Below, piece after piece: positions 61,366 through 64,000 of a stretch of 64,000 nt of DNA; position 1 is the first letter of the stretch; every line of letters starts with the position of its first letter. Position numbers and translations under genes: made by a program. This stretch comes from Squalus acanthias (Eukaryota), in assembly GCA_030390025.1 (NCBI GenBank), contig JASTWF010000346.1, forward strand, positions 248,001-312,000. The letters run 5' to 3'. The notes under the pieces were generated by a model. It made no database searches and was not told the DNA's origin. It worked only from the letters and a program-made list of their open reading frames with translations.

Positions 61366-62669
61366 TGAGAGTACAATGAAGTTTGTTTCCCACTATTTAA
61401 TTGGGAAGTACCTAAAATAATTCAACACTTTTCGTGATAAGAGCAGGGATTAATATTGTGGAGAATGTTTGAGAGAAAAACATTAGAAGTGAAATTCATA
61501 AGTTAGCATCTTGACATCAACATATTAGTAAACATTTCCACGTCAATCAGATTGGTTCTACTGTCCAGGAAGAAAGATGAATGTTTATTTCTGTTAAATC
61601 ATAGCTTTTCCTGCTTTTTGTTTTTAATTCGGTGACGCAAATTGTGTATGTGTTTTTCTGCACTTGTGAATAAGTGCTGCATTTCTGACATGTTACATGT
61701 GGGGTGTGCTGGTTCAAGAAGACAGCGTTTATTAATGGAAGTGATTAAAGTTGGAAATACGGATACCCGTTTTTTTTCAATTCTTTTTAATACAGTGAAC
61801 TAAAGAACTACAGCACTTTATATTTGTTGGTTGTCTGGTTGCATTGTGATTAATATTCTAATAGCGTATCTGGACGTACAGCACGTCAGCGCCATAGGAA
61901 AGCCGCTGCTCCTGCTGCTTGTGCAGCCATTGCTATAGTGACATGAAGGATGGGCTAACACGTTGAAAACTTTAAAATTAATACAAATTGCACGAATAGA
62001 TATGCCTCTTTCAGCTCACGTTAGGCTTTTGGATTGTTTGTCGATGCATAATGGTGTAACTGAGTGATGTTTCTGAAGTGTTAATGCATTATTATGCAGT
62101 TCTTTTATATCCCAGTCATTTCTGACAAGTAATTTTTTATTAAATAGAGTTTGTACATGATGAACTAAAAGCTGTTAATTCATTCTACTGTAAACAAACT
62201 TGCAGAATGGGCATGTAAATGACAAATAAATTTCAATATAGATAAGTGTGAGGCGGTGCATTTTGGTAGGAGGAATAAGGAGGCTACCTACTCCTTGGAA
62301 AATAAGAGTCTAAATGGAGTAGAGGTGCAAAGGGATCGAGGGGTACAGATTCACAAATCATTAAAAGTAGCAATGCAGGTTAAAAAAGCCATAAAAGTGC
62401 AAATAAAGTACTGGGCCTCTTTTCTAGAGGAATAGAATTCAAAAGCAGAGACGTTATGTTAAACTTATATAGAACCTTGTCTGATTGTCTCATGATTGAG
62501 ACGGTGGGGTGGCAATATGGCATTACCGGATATAAGCTTTTAGGTGGTTGCTGTTGCTGTCGTTGTTGTAAAAGTTGTTGTTGTTGTTTTGAAATTTGCT
62601 CATGGATGAAAAGGTCGCTCTCAATGGAGTTAGTGGCCTGCTCAGTACAAAAAAAAATTAGAGGGAACA

Positions 62670-63040
62670 TTGCTTGGGGGTCAGGGATCCGGTGTCAGGC
62701 CGTTTGCTCCATCTCACCATTCACCTTGGGGACATGCCACTTCACTTGTTGAATGTGTACGCTACCCAGGCAAGTGTGCTTCTTTGAAGAAGTGTCCACT
62801 TAACTCTACTCCATCAAAGCTGGCGAATGCATAATCCTCGGGGGGAGCTTTAACTGTACCCTCGAGGTCTGGGACCGCTCTGGTCTTCCGCAGATCCTGT
62901 CGTCAATGAAGAAGCTGAGGGATTTTGTCCGGTGACTCAAATTGGTGGATGTCTGGTGAAATCTCCATCCAACTCCATCTCCACTTTTGTAGGGACTGGA
63001 GGAGGAAGCACCAGAATTGACCACCATTACATTACCCGGA
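62670..63040 (+). mobile_element. Tx1-type endonuclease fragment
   Basis: Homologous to 17010-17390 (LLNVYA..., IILGGSFNCTL). Confidence 0.75.
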
Positions 63041-63042
63041 TG

Positions 63043-64000
63043 TACATAAGAACATAAGAACATAAGAAATAGGAGCAGGAGTAGGCCAATCGGCCCCTCG
63101 AGCCTGCTCCGCCATTCAATAAGATCATGGCTGATCTGATCCTAACCGCCAATCTACTATCTATCACAGAACCATCTCCTGCATCTAACAGAATTGCACA
63201 CACGAAATAGGAGCAGAATCAGGCTACACAGTCCCTGGGCCCGCTCCACTACCCACAGGGCCATGACCGATCCGAACCTAGACTCATGTCCAAATTCCTG
63301 CCCGCTCCCCGTAACCCTTAATGCCCTTTACTTCTAGGAAACTGTCTATTTCTGTTTTAAATTTAATTAATGTTGTAGCTTCTACAGCTTTTTGTGGCAG
63401 CATATTCCATGGACCTACCACCCTCTGAGTGAAGTAGTTCCTCCTCATCTCAGTTTTGAAAGAGCAGCCCCTTATTCTAAGACTATGTCCCCTAGTTCTC
63501 GTCTCACCCGTCATCGGGAACATCCTCCCCGCATCCACCCGATCCAACCCCTTCACAATCTTATATGTTTCAATAAGATCGCCTCTCATTCTTCTGAACT
63601 CCAATGAGTAGAGTCCCAATCTACCCAACCTCTCCTCATATGACCACCCCCTCATCCCCGGGATTAACCGAGTGAACCTTTTTTGCACTGCCTCGAGAGC
63701 AAGGATGTCTTTCCTTAAGTAAGGACACCAAAACTGTATGCAGTATTCCAGGTGCGGTCTCACCAATACCTTGTACAACTGAAGCAATACCTCCCTATTT
63801 TTATATTCTATCCCCCTAGCAATGAAAGCCAACATTCCATTTGCCTTCTTAATCACTTGCTGCACCTGCATACTAACCTTTTGAGTTTCGTGCACCAGGA
63901 CCCCCAGATCCCTTTGCACTTCAGTACTCTCCAGTTTCTTGCCATTAAGATAATAAATTGCTCTAGGATTTTTCCTGCCAAAGTGCATCACCTCACACTT
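63043..64000 (-). mobile_element. Young CR1 LINE 3' portion (runs off the window)
   Basis: Uninterrupted ORF 63284-63991; (AACATAAG)n tail near 63043-63070. Confidence 0.92.

Noticed and set aside
61891..61938. gccATAGGAAAGCCGCTGCTCCTGCTGCTT, resembling a signal-peptide exon
   Set aside because: ATA rather than ATG, an in-frame stop follows, and there is no donor site.

Overview
This is eukaryotic, repeat-rich genomic DNA. The repeat families (CR1, L2, Tx1, RTE, Deu-domain SINEs, Penelope-like remnants) and the protein styles point to a cartilaginous fish; that assignment is inference. The one apparently intact protein-coding gene is a + strand butyrophilin-like (BTN/BTNL) gene rebuilt by hand from 8 GT-AG coding exons (21125-45800, 1422 nt, 473 aa). 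Its domains are signal peptide, IgV, IgC, TM, three short juxtamembrane exons and B30.2/PRY-SPRY, and it has IRF-type motifs upstream. Just 5' of it, on the same strand, is a frameshifted RING-B-box-coiled-coil TRIM pseudogene with no B30.2 exon of its own that I could find. Other notable structure: three mosaic solo LTRs of one family, each with a 4-bp TSD; a nested Tx1 > LTR > CR1 insertion; a Penelope-like hairpin with a hammerhead-like core and 12-bp TSD; several TIR MITEs; several tandem arrays; and an 8-unit CCAAT-box array in front of a candidate minus-strand spliced transcript converging on the BTN 3' end. Most ORFs in the supplied track are retroelement fragments or repeat artefacts. 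Repeat boundaries without a stated TSD or TIR are approximate.
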